From positions 12,958,001-13,022,000 of the forward strand of contig CATNEN010000001.1 of assembly GCA_950097015.1 (NCBI GenBank): 64,000 nucleotides of DNA. The letters are read 5' to 3'. Positions within the stretch are counted from its first letter, which is position 1. The number at the start of each line of letters is the position of its first letter. The DNA comes from Macrostomum hystrix. Lineage: Eukaryota; Animalia; Platyhelminthes. The position numbers were made by a program, and so were the translations under genes. Below the pieces are notes generated by a model. It worked only from the letters and a program-made list of their open reading frames with translations. It had not been told where the DNA came from and searched no databases. This document shows positions 49,271 through 61,969 of the stretch, piece after piece.

Positions 49271-49789
49271 TGTTGGTTAGTGCGTGCAAAATATAGCCTT
49301 ATAAAATGAATTCTCAAAGTTCTGGCTTTGTACAATGAAGTAAGAAAATAGAGTACACTCAGTCTCGCGGTGGGTTGTGTACATTTATTTCCAATTTGTC
49401 TCCAGAGTGCAGGCTTCAAATTCAATCAGCTAGGGGTTGTTGCGCAATTTGACGATGCAATTCTAATTCAGTAGCAGTGAGTAAAATTCTCAATAGGCCA
49501 CGATGTTTGACCTTTAAAAAGTCATGTTTTTCGAATATTTAATCCCTTTAGAAATAAAGTTAAGCTTAATAAAAATACGTGTATAATTGTCCCTATATTT
49601 GGCATCTTTTGGTGAAGAAATTGTGAAAATCGGTTGAGCCGTTCGGGAGAAAATCAATTACAACCAAGCAACCATTTCATTTTTAGTATAGTGGACTAGC
49701 AAGTTTTGCCCCCCTTCGGAGAGCAGAAATACTTTTAATTCGTCTAGTATATACTTTTTAGCAGCTGAATTTACAGCTTTTTAAAGCTA

Positions 49790-51105
49790 CAATGAACCCC
49801 CAGTTGACAATGATCCCCCAGTTGACAATGATCCCCCAGTTGACAATGATCCCCCAGTTGACAATGATCCCCCAGTTGACAATGAACCCCCAGTTGACAA
49901 TGAACCCCCAGTTGACAACAATCCCCCAGTTGACAATGATCCCCCATTTGACCATGATCCCCCAGTTGACAATGATCCCACAGTTGACAATGATCCCCCA
50001 GTTGACAAAGATCCCCCAGTTCACAATGATCCCCCAGTTGATGAAGTCTCCCCATTGATGATGATCCCCAGTTAACAATGTTCCTCCAGTTGACAATGAT
50101 CCCCAGTTGACAATGATCCCCCAGTTGATGATGATCCCCCAGTTGAAAATGATCCCCCAGTTGACAATGATCCCCCAGTTGAGAATGATCCCCCAGTTGA
50201 CAATGATCCCCCAGTTAACAAAGATCCCCCAGTTCACAATGATCCCCCAGTTGATGAAGTCTCCCCATTGATGATGATCCCCAGTTAACAATGTTCCTCC
50301 AGTTGACAATGTTCCCCCAGTTAACAATGATCCCCCAGTTGATGATGATCACCCAGTTGACAATGATCCCCCAGTTGACAATGATCCCCCAGTTGACAAT
50401 GATCCCCCAGTTGACAATGATCCCGCCGGTTGACAATGATCCCACAGTTGACAATGAACCCCCAGTTGACAATGATCCCCTAGTTGATGATGATCCCCTA
50501 GTTGACAATGATCCCCCAGTTGACAATTTGATCCCCCAGTTGACAATGAACCCCCAGTTGACAACGATCCCCCAGTTGACAATGATCCCACAGTTGACCA
50601 TGATCCCCCAGTTTACAATGATCCCACAGTTGACAATGATCCCCCAGTTGACAAAGATCACCCAGTTCACAATGATCCCCCAGTTGACAAAGATCCCCCA
50701 GTTCACAATGATCCCCCAGTTGATGATGATCCCCCAGTTGATGATGATCCCCAGTTGATGATGATTCCCCAGTTGACAATTATCCCCCAGTTGACCATTA
50801 CCCCCCAGTTGACAATGATCCCCCAGTTCACAATGATCCCCCATTTGACAATGATCCCCCAGTTGACAATGATCCCACAGTTGACAATGATCCCCCAGTT
50901 GACAAAGATCCCCCAGTTCACAATGATCCCCCATTTGATGATGATTCCCCAGTTGACAATGATCCCCCAGTTCACAACGATCCCGCAGTTGACAATGATA
51001 CCCCAGTTGACAATAATCCCCCAGTTTACCAAGATCCTCCAGTTGACGATTATCCCCCAGTTTACCTTGATCCCCATTTTGATGATGACTCCCCAGTTGA
51101 CGTTG
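49790..51105. repeat. 18-bp minisatellite (ATGATCCCCCAGTTGACA)n
   Basis: Direct periodicity; accounts for the spurious NWGIIV/QLGDHC ORFs. Confidence 0.97.
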
Positions 51106-51119
51106 ATTTTTTAAACGCT

Positions 51120-53630
51120 GGGTTAGCCAAGATTCAAACTCTCGTTTTACCATGATTCAAACTCTAATTTAGCCATGATTCAAACTCTGGTTTAGCCATG
51201 ATTCAGACGCAGTGATGATTTAAAGTCTGCTTTAGCCATGATTCAAACTCTGGTTTCGCCTTGATTCAAATTTAGCCATGATTCAGACTCTAGGTTAGCC
51301 ATTATTCAAACTCTGGTTTAGCCATGATTCAGACTCTGGTTTAACCATGATTCAAACTCTGGTTTAGCCATGATTCAAATTCTGGTTTAGCCATGATTCA
51401 AACTCTGGTTAAGCCACGATTCAGACTCTGGTTTAGCCTTGATTTAAACTCTGGTTAACCATGATTCAGACTCTGGTTTAGCCATGATTCAAACTCTGGT
51501 TTAGCCATGATTCAAACTCTGGTTTAGCCTTGATTCAAACTCTGGTTAAGCCATGATTCAGACTCTGGTTTAGCCATGATTCAAACTCTGCTTTAGCCAT
51601 GATTCAGACGCTGGTTTAGCCATGATTCAGACTCTGGTTTAGCCATGATTCAAACTCTGGTTTAGCCATGACCATGATTCAAACTCTGGTTTAGCCATGA
51701 TTCAAACTCTGGTTAAGCCATGATTCAGACTCTGGTTTAGCTATAATTTAAACTCTGCTTTAGCCATGATTGAAACTCAGGTTTAGCTATGATTCAGACG
51801 CTGGTTTAGCCATGATTCAGACTATGGTTTAGCCATGATTCAGACTCTGGTTTAGCCATGATTCAGACTATGGTTTAGCCATGATTCAGACTCTGGTTTA
51901 GCCATGAATTAGATACTGGTTAGCAATGATTCGAACTCTGTTTATCCCCCAGTTTACCATGATCCCCCAGTTGACGATTATCCCCCAGTTTATATGATCC
52001 CCATTTTGATGATGACTCCCCAGTTGACGTTGATTTTTTAAACGCTGGGTTAGCCAAGATTCAAACTCAGGTTTCGCCATGTTTTAAACCCTGGTGGGCT
52101 ATGATTCAAACTCTCGTTTTGCCATGATTCAGACTCTCGTTTTACCATGATTCAAACTCTGGTTTAGCCATGATTCAGACTCTGGTTGACTATGATTCAA
52201 ACTCTGGTTTTGCCATGACTCAAATTCTGGTTTAGCCATGATTCAAACTCTGGTTAAGCCATGATTCAGACTCTGGTTTAGCCTTGATTTAAACTCTGGT
52301 TAACCATGATTCAGACTCTGGTTTAGCCATGATTCAAACTCTGGTTTAGCCATGATTCAAACTCTGGTTTAGCCTTGATTCAAACTCTGGTTAAGCCATG
52401 ATTCAGACTCTGGTTTAGCCATGATTCAAACTCTGCTTTAGCCATGATTCAGACGCTGGTTTAGCCATGATTCAGACTCTGGTTTAGCCATGATTCAAAC
52501 TCTGGTTTAGCCATGACCATGATTCAAACTCTGGTTTAGCCATGATTCAAACTCTGGTTAAGCCATGATTCAGACTCTGGTTTAGCTATAATTTAAACTC
52601 TGCTTTAGCCATGATTGAAACTCAGGTTTAGCTATGATTCAGACGCTGGTTTAGCCATGATTCAGACTATGGTTTAGCCATGATTCAGACTCTGGTTTAG
52701 CCATGATTCAGACTATGGTTTAGCCATGATTCAGACTCTGGTTTAGCCATGAATTAGATACTGGTTAGCAATGATTCGAACTCTGTTTATCCCCCAGTTT
52801 ACCATGATCCCCCAGTTGACGATTATCCCCCAGTTTATATGATCCCCATTTTGATGATGACTCCCCAGTTGACGTTGATTTTTTAAACGCTGGGTTAGCC
52901 AAGATTCAAACTCAGGTTTCGCCATGTTTTAAACCCTGGTGGGCTATGATTCAAACTCTCGTTTTGCCATGATTCAGACTCTCGTTTTACCATGATTCAA
53001 ACTCTGGTTTAGCCATGATTCAGACTCTGGTTGACTATGATTCAAACTCTGGTTTTGCCATGACTCAAACTCTGGTTAGCAATGATTCAAACTCTGGTTT
53101 AGCCATGATTCAAGCTCTGGTTTAGCCATGATTCAAACTCTGGTTTAGCCATGATTCAGACTCTGGTTTAGCCATGATTCAGACTCTGGTGTAGCCATGA
53201 TTCAGACTCTGGTTTAGCCATGATTCAGACTCTGGTTTTGCCATGATTCAGACTCTGGTTTAGCCATGAATCAGACTCTGGTTAGCAATGATTCGAACTC
53301 TGGTTTAGCCATGATTCAAACTCTGGTTTAGCCATGATTCAAACTCTGGTTTAGCCATGATTGAAACTCTGGTTTAGCCATGATTCAAACTCTGGTTTAG
53401 CCATGATTCAAACTCTGGTTTAGCCATGATTCAAACTCTGGTTTAGCCATGATTCAAACTCTGGTTTAGCCATGATTCAAACTCTGGTTTAGCCATGATT
53501 CAAACTCTGGTTTAGCCATGATTCAAACTCTGGTTTAGCCATGATTGAAACTCTGGTTTAGCCATGATTTAAACTCTGGTTTAGCCATGATTCAAACTCT
53601 GGTTTAGCCATGATTCAAACTCTGGTTTAG
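51120..53630. repeat. 23-bp satellite array with an 845-bp higher-order duplication
   Basis: ATGATTCAAACTCTGGTTTAGCC units; 51898-52080 is identical in translation to 52743-52925. Confidence 0.95.
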
Positions 53631-54245
53631 CGGTGTGCTATGATTTATGATATTTTATTTACGAAATGAAAAAAATAAATTAAAAAAATCTTCAATCACT
53701 ACTGGCTGAAAATTATTCTAAATGATTTGACGCAGTGCAGAATCGAACCCTAGCCTAGCCTAACCTATTCCTAGTGCCTACACATCGGCTATTCCGACTG
53801 TTGGTTAGTGGGTGCAGAAATCTGCCTTATAAAATGAATTCTCAAAGTTCTGGCTTTGTACAATGAAGTAAGAAAATAGAGTACACTCAGTCTCGCGGTT
53901 TGTTGTGTACATTTATTTCCAATTTGTCTCCAGAGTGCAGGCTTTTAACTCAGTCAGCTAGTGGGTGTTGCGCAAGTTGATGATGCAATTCTAACTCAGT
54001 GGCAGTCAGTGAATGAAATTCTCAATAGGCCAAGATAGTTTGACCTTTGAAATGGTCAAAAAAACATGTTTTTCGAATATTTAATCCCCTTAGCAATAAA
54101 GTTAAGCTTAATAAAAATACGTGTATAATTGTCCCCATATTTGGTATCTTTTGGTGAAGAAATGGTGAAAATCGGTTGAGCCGTTCGGAAGAAAATCAAT
54201 TACAACCAACCAACCAAGCAAGCATTTCATTTTTATTATAGTGGA

Positions 54246-55552
54246 TTGCGTTTTAAATAAATATATTTGCTTATTTACAAATTCGGAGCCTATGTATCTA
54301 TCAATTCTAATTTCTGAGCTTAGATATCTATCGATTCTGAGCCTAGATAACTATCAATGCTGAGTCTAGATATCTATCAATGCAGAGCCTAGATAACTAT
54401 CAATGCTGAGCCTAGATATCTATCAATGCTGAGCCTAGATAACTATCAATGCTGAGCCTAGATAACTATCAATGCTGAGCCTGGATAACTATCAATGCTG
54501 AGCCTCGATATCTATAAAAATGTTGAGCCTAGATATCTATAAAAATGTTGAGCCTAGATATCTATCAATGCTGAGCCTAGATAACTATCAATGCTGAGCC
54601 TAGATATCTATAAATATGTTGAGCCTAGATATCTATAAAAATGTTGTGCCTAGGAATCAAATAATTCTGAGCCTAGATATCTATCAATGCTGAGCCTAGA
54701 TAACTATCAATGCTGAGCCTGGATATCTATCAATGCTGAGCCTCGATATCTATAAAACTGTTGAGCCTAGATATTTATCAATGCTGAGCCTAGATAACTA
54801 TCAATGCTGAGCCTAGATAACTATCAATGCTGTGCGTAGATATCTATAAAAATGTTAAGCCTAGGAATCTATCAGTTCTGAGCCTATATATCTATCAATT
54901 CTGAGCATAGATATCTATCCCTTTTGAGTCCAGATTTCTATCGATTCTGAGCCTGGATTTGTATTTATGCTATTCGGCCGTCATTGTTGTGCCTGGAATT
55001 CTTTTCACTTCGCTTCGCTCTGCTAGAAAAAAATAGCTGCCAAAAAGGCCGATCACTTGGAGCAATTCAGTTCTCAGATGTAGCCTTTTGGAGTATGCTG
55101 TGAATCTGCTATACTGATTGAAAAAAACTCAAAATGAAATTATAAAATCTCAGTGTTGAACAGATAACAGAAGCCAGCTCAGCCTGTGCACATTGGGCAG
55201 CAATTATCTCGCCAGTGGGGTTGACGCAGCTATTCACATTTGGGTGAGAAATTTTCTATCAGTACGCTCGCCTAACAAAACTGGCTCTGATGCAATCATT
55301 AAAATTGGCACTGGAGCCTCACTGTGCACAAGCTGAAAACAAGAATGCAATAGAAAAGCCTATTGAAAAAAGGTTTTTCGAATATTTAATCCCCTTGGCA
55401 ATGGAATTAAGCTTAATAAAAATACGTGTACCGATTCCGGCCCATTTGTGATCTTTTGGTGAAGGAATTGTGAAAATCGGTTGAGCCGTTCGGGAGCTAT
55501 TCGATTGCAAAAATAAAAGCAAGATTTTCATTTTTAGTATATAAGAAGAAGA
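54246..55552 (-). mobile_element. 5' part of a related Helitron containing a different 23-bp array (GAGCCTAGATATCTATCAATGCT, 54285-54960)
   Basis: 5' TCTTCTTCTTATATACTAAAAATG at 55552; shared subterminal block 55370-55495; TCTCGCCAGTGGGGTTGAC shared with 44929. Confidence 0.75.
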
Positions 55553-55600
55553 CTAGCCATTTTGCACCCGCTTCGCGGGCCTCTTCGATTAACGCAAAAG
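55553..55600 (-). mobile_element. 3' terminus of another Helitron
   Basis: Hairpin CCCGC-TTC-GCGGG (55567-55579) about 10 bp from CTAG (55553-56). Confidence 0.8.
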
Positions 55601-56412
55601 ATTCAATTTATTTATAGCAGTCTCGCCAGTTTGAAAAGTTTGTTTTTTTCTAAATTTTGGATGCCTAAAAGGATCGCTAGACAGCATACTCGTACACTCT
55701 GTTAGCACACAAGATCGAGTATTCGCCACTGTACAATCAATTAGAGTGCATTATCTAACCGGTTAAAACCGTTTAAAACCTCTTTAAGACTGTCCTATGC
55801 CCTGTCAGAAATAGACTCTAACCCAATATTATTTTTCTTACTATTATCTGCTCTACCGCAATAGACTCTAACCGTAGGGTAATAGTGATAGCATTAGAAG
55901 ACCAATTTGGAGAGCAGCTTAATTGGCACAAATTATACGACTTGAGCATTTGTAGACTTCAATCAAATGGACTACGGATCGCCTTGCTTGCCGTCAGATC
56001 AGCTGTCAGATCAATTGATCAACTAATCTGTGCTGTGCGGGCTGAAGCGAACAGCGGCTTTGGGGGGTGGCGGCGTCGGCCCCACTTTTATTTGTGCGCT
56101 CACGCTCTCTTGTGAGTGCTGCGTGAGCGCTCTGGCTCGTAAATTTTTTTCTGTATTGCCTTTATTCCGTTGCTTCGTGACTTCCTTTTTAATCCTTCCT
56201 TCGGTACGCCCCAAATCCTAAAATATATTCGCTATCGCAGGACTCGTTCGTCCGCTGCCTTTGTCGCCACGCCTGTGCCTTCCCTCTTGTTGCGTTTGGC
56301 CCTGTTAGCTAAACATATTTTTAATAGCGTCGAGAGAGTAAAAGAATAGTACGAGTATAACTAATTTTGATATTGACATTTTTAAAGACTGTAAAACCTT
56401 ATTCGTTTGCAG

Positions 56413-59230
56413 ATTCGTTGTACCGTACAATGCGCATCTGCTGCGGCGATTTCGGTGCCACCTAAACGTCGAGATCTGTGCCACGGTCCGGGCAATCAAA
56501 TATGTAGTTAAATATTTACACAAGGGATCTGATATGGCTACGGTTGAGCTTACTCCAGACCAGCGAGAAGAAATCAAATGGAATGAAATTGCTGCTTACG
56601 TGCTAACTCGGTATCTGGGCCCGCATGAATGAGTTCAAATAATTCTTGGAATGAGTGTTCATAGCCGCTATCCACAAGTTGTTTAGCTGTGCGTTCATCT
56701 CCCTGGAAAAAACCGAGTTATCTTCTTTAAGGCAACAGCTGCAATTCAAGCAGCAAGGCCACCACGCAGCATGTTAACAGCTTTTTTTTACTTTGTCGCA
56801 AAGATGACTTCGCTCGCACTCTTTGGTACACCGAAGTGCCTCGCTATTATGTCTGTCAAGCGGACCGAAAGGAATGGCAAAGAACCAAGATTGGAGCACC
56901 CGTGGATGGTTATGATGGCGTTCGTCAGCGGGATACCATTGGCCGCATGTACAATGTCAGCCCGAGAGCTCGAGATGTATTTTTTCTACGACTAGCATCG
57001 CTGCGTATTCGGGGACCAGTCAGCTATGAATCTCAGCGAACAGTAGATGGAATTCTGTATACGGATTTCTTTGAGGCTTGCAAAGCTCTTGGCATGCTGG
57101 AAGATGATAACCGTTTCCGTCTCTGCATGGAAGAGGCTGAGCAAACTCAGATGCCAGCTGCTCTTCGAAGTCTCTTCTCTGTAATTCTGATCCACGGCAA
57201 CCCTACAGATGTACAAAACTTGTGGTCTCGCTTTCAGATCTCTATGGGTGAGGACTTTGCTCATCACGAGTCATCAGATGCAGCCTGGGTAGTGCATCGT
57301 GTTCTGCAAGATCTGGCCTTACGGTTGAAGCTCATGGGTGGTGTTTTTCTCAATTCGGTTTGCCAGAACCACTTTGAAATGCCGAACAGGAGGCTGAATT
57401 CGACCCAAATCAGCTTAGCACGTTTGTTGAGCAGCGAGAGCACCAGCTGACCGACGAGCAGCAATCAATCTACAATGCAGTGTTGGCCAGTTTGGAGAAC
57501 GGAGGAGGTTTGCACTTCATTGACTCACCAGGAGGAACTGGAAAGAGCTTTCTCCTGGAGCTTCTCCTTGCTTTTGTGCGATCGCGTGGCGAAGTTGCTT
57601 TCGCGGTTGCAACCACGGGCATTGCGGCAACTCTACTCCCCGGCGGCCGAACTGCTCACTCGGCATTCAAAATCCCTCCCTCAGGGATCCCTCCCTCCCT
57701 CCCTTTTGAATGACAACTGCATGCATTGCGACATAAAAAATACAGAGCGCTCGAGCCAAAAATTTGCGAAGCACCCGACTTGTTGTATGGGATGAAGTAG
57801 CAATGGTGCATAGAAAGATTCTGGAAACGGTCGAGCGCAGTTTGAGAGACATTATTGCTGACCAGCCATTTGGGGGGCTGACTTTTGTCATTTCAGGCGA
57901 TTTTCGGCAGCTACTGCCTGTAATTTAGGGCGGTACATCTGCGAACGCAATCCAAGCCTGCATTAATCGGATTCCCCTTTGGGGCAGCTTTAAGCAGCAT
58001 CGGCTAACCCGCAACTTGCGGCTTAAAGCAGACGCCAACTCTGAAGCCTTGCGCTACGCAGAATTTTTGCTGCAGGTGAGCTTCTCATTTTCAAATTATG
58101 GCACATGAAAATTCCATTTATATAAACTTTTCATAAATTCTTAAATTTCGTGCGTAGATATACATTGTATCATCCACACGCAAACTTTTTCCTTGCCGCT
58201 CCTGCGCACCAGAAGTGAGTGTCTAATGAAATGCGATTCAATACGAATTGCTGCCTTGATTTCGCTTTGAAGAAAGAGAGAAGGAAATCATTGCGTAGGT
58301 GATTCAGCTGTCAGTGGAATGGTACAGGGAAAGGGCGATAGAACATCAGTGCAGATCAACAACATTCGAAATTAGTACTTAATTAACTTCGCTTTACATT
58401 TTATCCAAATCGCTGTCTGGAAGATCAAAATATTTTACGGAAACGTGACTCAAAAAGTCTACTTCAAAACTAAATAAAAATGTCTAATTTAAATGCACTC
58501 TTAGGTTGGTGAGGGACGGCTAAAGCAGGATGATCAAGGCAATGTGGAACTACCATCCGAGATATGTATGCCTAAGGGAGCCGACACGATGCAACTGATT
58601 CAATATGGTTTTCCTAGCTTTGACGATGAACTGTTTGAGTCAAGAGCAATTCTGGCGCCTCACAATCGAACGGTGAACGATATCAACACTCAATTCCTGG
58701 CCATTTTTCCTGGAAAGGCTGTCGAATACCTTTCAATTGACAGCATCCCGGATGACGAAGAAGCTGCGATTCAGTTTACTGTGGAGGCGCTAAACAGCTT
58801 AGAAGCACACTCACTCCCGCCGCACCGACTGGAACTTAAAGTTGGAATCCCTATCATGCTTCTGAGAAATCTAGATGCCCCACGACTATGTAACGGGACG
58901 AGATTGATCGTTACGAAGCTCGAAAAGAACGTTCTGGTAGCTAGAGTCGCGTCTGGAGCATTCAAAGGCGAACCGGTACTTCTACCGAGAATCCCATTGA
59001 CGCCGAATTCTGAGGATTTGCCGGTAAAGTTCCGCAGACTGCAGTTTCCCATTCGGCTGTGTTTCGCCATCACGATTCACAAGAGCCAAGGCCAGAGCCT
59101 CGATTCCTTTGGCGTTCATTTGGGCCAAGCGTGTTTTCAACACGGGCAATTATATGTTGCGCACGTGACCCTAGGCATGTTCGTATTCTTCACGGTCAGC
59201 GAACATAGAATATTGTTGTACAATAAGTAT
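56413..59230 (+). pseudogene. Degenerate plus-strand Helitron RepHel, C-terminal half (Rep motif 3 through Pif1 helicase)
   Basis: VVPYN...CHLNVE...KYVVKY, IGRMYNVSP, SPGGTGKS, GGRTAHS, WDEV, GDFRQL; intron 58076-58504; LCNGTRL, TIHKSQGQS, HGQLY. Multiple stops and frameshifts. Confidence 0.92.
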
Positions 59231-59911
59231 TTTCCACCGCGTTTACTTTCCCATGTTTACTTTACTTTCTCATAATTATATGATGCCTGTAGAACACTTT
59301 TGAAACAGACTTGCTTCGTTATAAGAGAAATGTACGGCCAGATATCTTCAAAATTGAAAGTACAAGACGAAGGATCGATTGCAGTAGCACACACTCCTGG
59401 TTGATGTGATCCCCAATTTAATTATTATCTCTGCGGGAAAAATCTATACATTGCAGTTTTTTTTAATCCAGTTTAAAAAAATATAAATGATTAATCGGCA
59501 GTACTTCGCTGTAGGTTCTGGTCTTATTAAACCACAGAAGAACGTAAGTGTTCTCCAATTTCTCTATGCAGAATTGCATTGGCTTGACTCGTGGACGCTT
59601 TGATGGATTCATTCATTGGCTTGGCTTTGTAAATGAGCAAATTATATATATTGACTATAGCAGACGATTGGTAAAATAAGTTAGGAAATGCCAATGGCAA
59701 TTAGAATAGGCTATATTATATTCTGCAGGTACTTGACAGTTGAAATAAAATTAATAAACTTTTCAGTTGTCTGTCTCCCTTGGCCTTTGGCTTGCAAACT
59801 TTGCAAAGAAAAGCAAGCGTAAAAACATTTAAAATCTTTCCAGGCTTATACACTTAAACACATACTTTCAAATTTTACTTGTTTCTGCATTCGAAAAGTG
59901 TAATCCCGTCT

Positions 59912-60519
59912 AGACAAGTTAGGTAGCCGCTCAGAGCCCAAGTTGGCACCGAATAGACAATCTCGGGGGACTCAACCGGAATCTATAGAGCATCGCCAGG
60001 CCTTTCGAACGACACCAAAATCAGTTCCTGGGGACCTCGGGAACTGTCTCGAATCGGCCCGAGAAGGATGTAGGAAGCATTGACTTTATGGAAAGTCAAG
60101 GACATTGACTGATAACAAGTCAAACTCATGAAATTCTAAAAATAGCCACAACTTTCTGTCCCGACCATCTAGAGGTGCCGGACTGGCGCCTCTAGACTCA
60201 GGGCGTCAACCTCTAGTCGAGAAATATCATTTCCAACATTGCCCGCCAATGACTGAAATTTCGATTTGGTCAATTTTCGAATAAGTATTGCTCTTTGACA
60301 AGTTAGGTAGCCGCTCAGAGCCCAAGTTGGCACCCAATAGACAATCTCGGGGGACTCAACCGGAATCTATAGAGCATCGCCAGGCCTTTCGAACGACACC
60401 AAAATCAGTTCCCGGGGACCTCGGGAACTGTCTCGAATCGGCCCGAGAAGGATGTAGGAAGCATTGACTTTATGGAAAGTCAAGGACATTGACTGATAAC
60501 AAGTCAAACTCATGAAATT
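59912..60519. repeat. Tandem repeat of about 385 bp, about 1.6 copies
   Basis: 59912-60135 is repeated nearly exactly at 60297-60519. Confidence 0.9.
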
Positions 60520-61205
60520 AACTGGAAGTTGAGGCAAATTCGTCCTAAACTTTAGGCGGCGTTTAATGGTCGCTTATCGCGCTCAGGGGCCTATGTAAGT
60601 CTGGTCATGCGACTTGGTCATTTGAGCAACTGTGAATTTATGAAGTACTGGCGACTTGATCCATAGTCTGCGGAACGCGCACCCGCGTATGAGCATCGCA
60701 CCGCTAGTTCATTTATCTGGACATTATGAGTCATAGAAAAATAAACAAAGTTCACGTAAGAAACAGTCGTAAAGTCGTAAGTCGTAAGTCGTAAGTTGGA
60801 CGACTTACGACTTAGACCATAACACTAATGGTGCAGATTGTAAGACACTGCACAGGCTGCTCAGAGTAAACAAATCATGTGTCAGTGTTAGATCATTTAA
60901 AAATTCATCCTGTAATATTCTTAGGTACTTATTTTTAATGTACGACTCTTTGTATTATAATTGATTACGATTGTATTGTTATTAATTTGTTTTACCGATG
61001 ATTTTAATATAAATAAATAAATGAAGTCAATCGATAAGAGTTCGAGATGATTCGGCAGTTAGCACTAAGGTTCGAAGATCACAAGATTTGAACGCGGCCT
61101 TCGATATGCTCTTTTATTACAATCCCATGCGAAAGTACAGTTACAATATTCGTGACTTGTTGACAAAATCAATTTGCATTGGCTGCAATAAACTAACTGC
61201 ATAGC

Positions 61206-61829
61206 CCATACTCCGGAAGGTGACTGGTACGCCGGCGATTTCCGGCGTACCAAATGAGTTATCCGAAAAATTGGCGTACCACTATTGGCGTACCACCGAT
61301 TCGAAAAAGCATTTGGCTTTGGCGGACGACCAAGCTGAAGTTGAATTGGCGTACCACTTTTAGCGTTGGCACACCATTGGCACACCAGGCAAAAATTGTT
61401 GCCAGAGTAAAAACTTTTTGTAATTTTGCGTAAAATAAGACATACAAGATACGACTACACCACACGACAATGAATTTTACGTAAAAAATGCATATATTTT
61501 TTCCTGCAATGTATAACTTGATTAATCATTTCATAAATATATAATTGAAATAATTAAGCCGGGTATTTTAAGTAAATAAATTTCTGCGCGCTAATTATAT
61601 TTGTTATTTTTGTTGAAGTTTATATTTGTTAAAGCTTGTCCGCCATATTTTTTACCGTTTTCAAAGTCGAAATGCTCGGCTTTCGGGGCTTATTTCGTAG
61701 GTGAGGATCATAAGGAGGCATCAGTCGATCAATCACAGATTTTTAGTGCCGCAACGTTACACTGAGGGACCCCCACGTCTTTCTTTTTGCGTACCACTGG
61801 CGTACTACATTACACCATCCGGACTATGG
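61206..61829. mobile_element. 624-bp non-autonomous TIR element with an 8-bp TSD
   Basis: TIRs CCATACTCCGGAAGG / CCATCCGGACTATGG; perfect TSD TGCATAGC (61198-205 and 61830-37); internal GGCGTACC repeats. Confidence 0.85.
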
Positions 61830-61969
61830 TGCATAGCTTACTTAAGAACACGCTGCATCGAGCACTCTTTCCGATTTCCTACAGACTTGTACAACAAAGT
61901 AAAAAAGGCAGCACAGAATGAACTTGCAGCACATGAATGATTGAATAAATGAATGCAGCACAATGCAAT

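Larger units (their letters stand above)
29223..49695 (-). mobile_element. Autonomous-type Helitron, about 20.5 kb including the nested hAT
   Basis: 5' TCCACTATACTAAAAATG at 49695. 3' hairpin GCTCCCCGAAGGGGGGC then AAAACTTGCTAG ending at 29223. Contains the RepHel and RPA genes on the same strand. Confidence 0.9.
49696..54245 (-). mobile_element. Non-autonomous Helitron of the same family, filled with satellites
   Basis: 5' A|TCCACTATAATAAAAATG at 54245; 3' hairpin and CTAG at 49696. 53640-54245 is homologous to 49110-49695. No coding capacity. Confidence 0.9.

Noticed and set aside
49758-51153. Long repetitive ORFs (NWGIIV, QLGDHC, MIPQLT)
   Set aside because: By-products of an 18-bp minisatellite open in several frames on both strands.
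60760-60827. GTCGTAA repeats ending CCATAACACTA (hAT-like end)
   Set aside because: No matching opposite end found.
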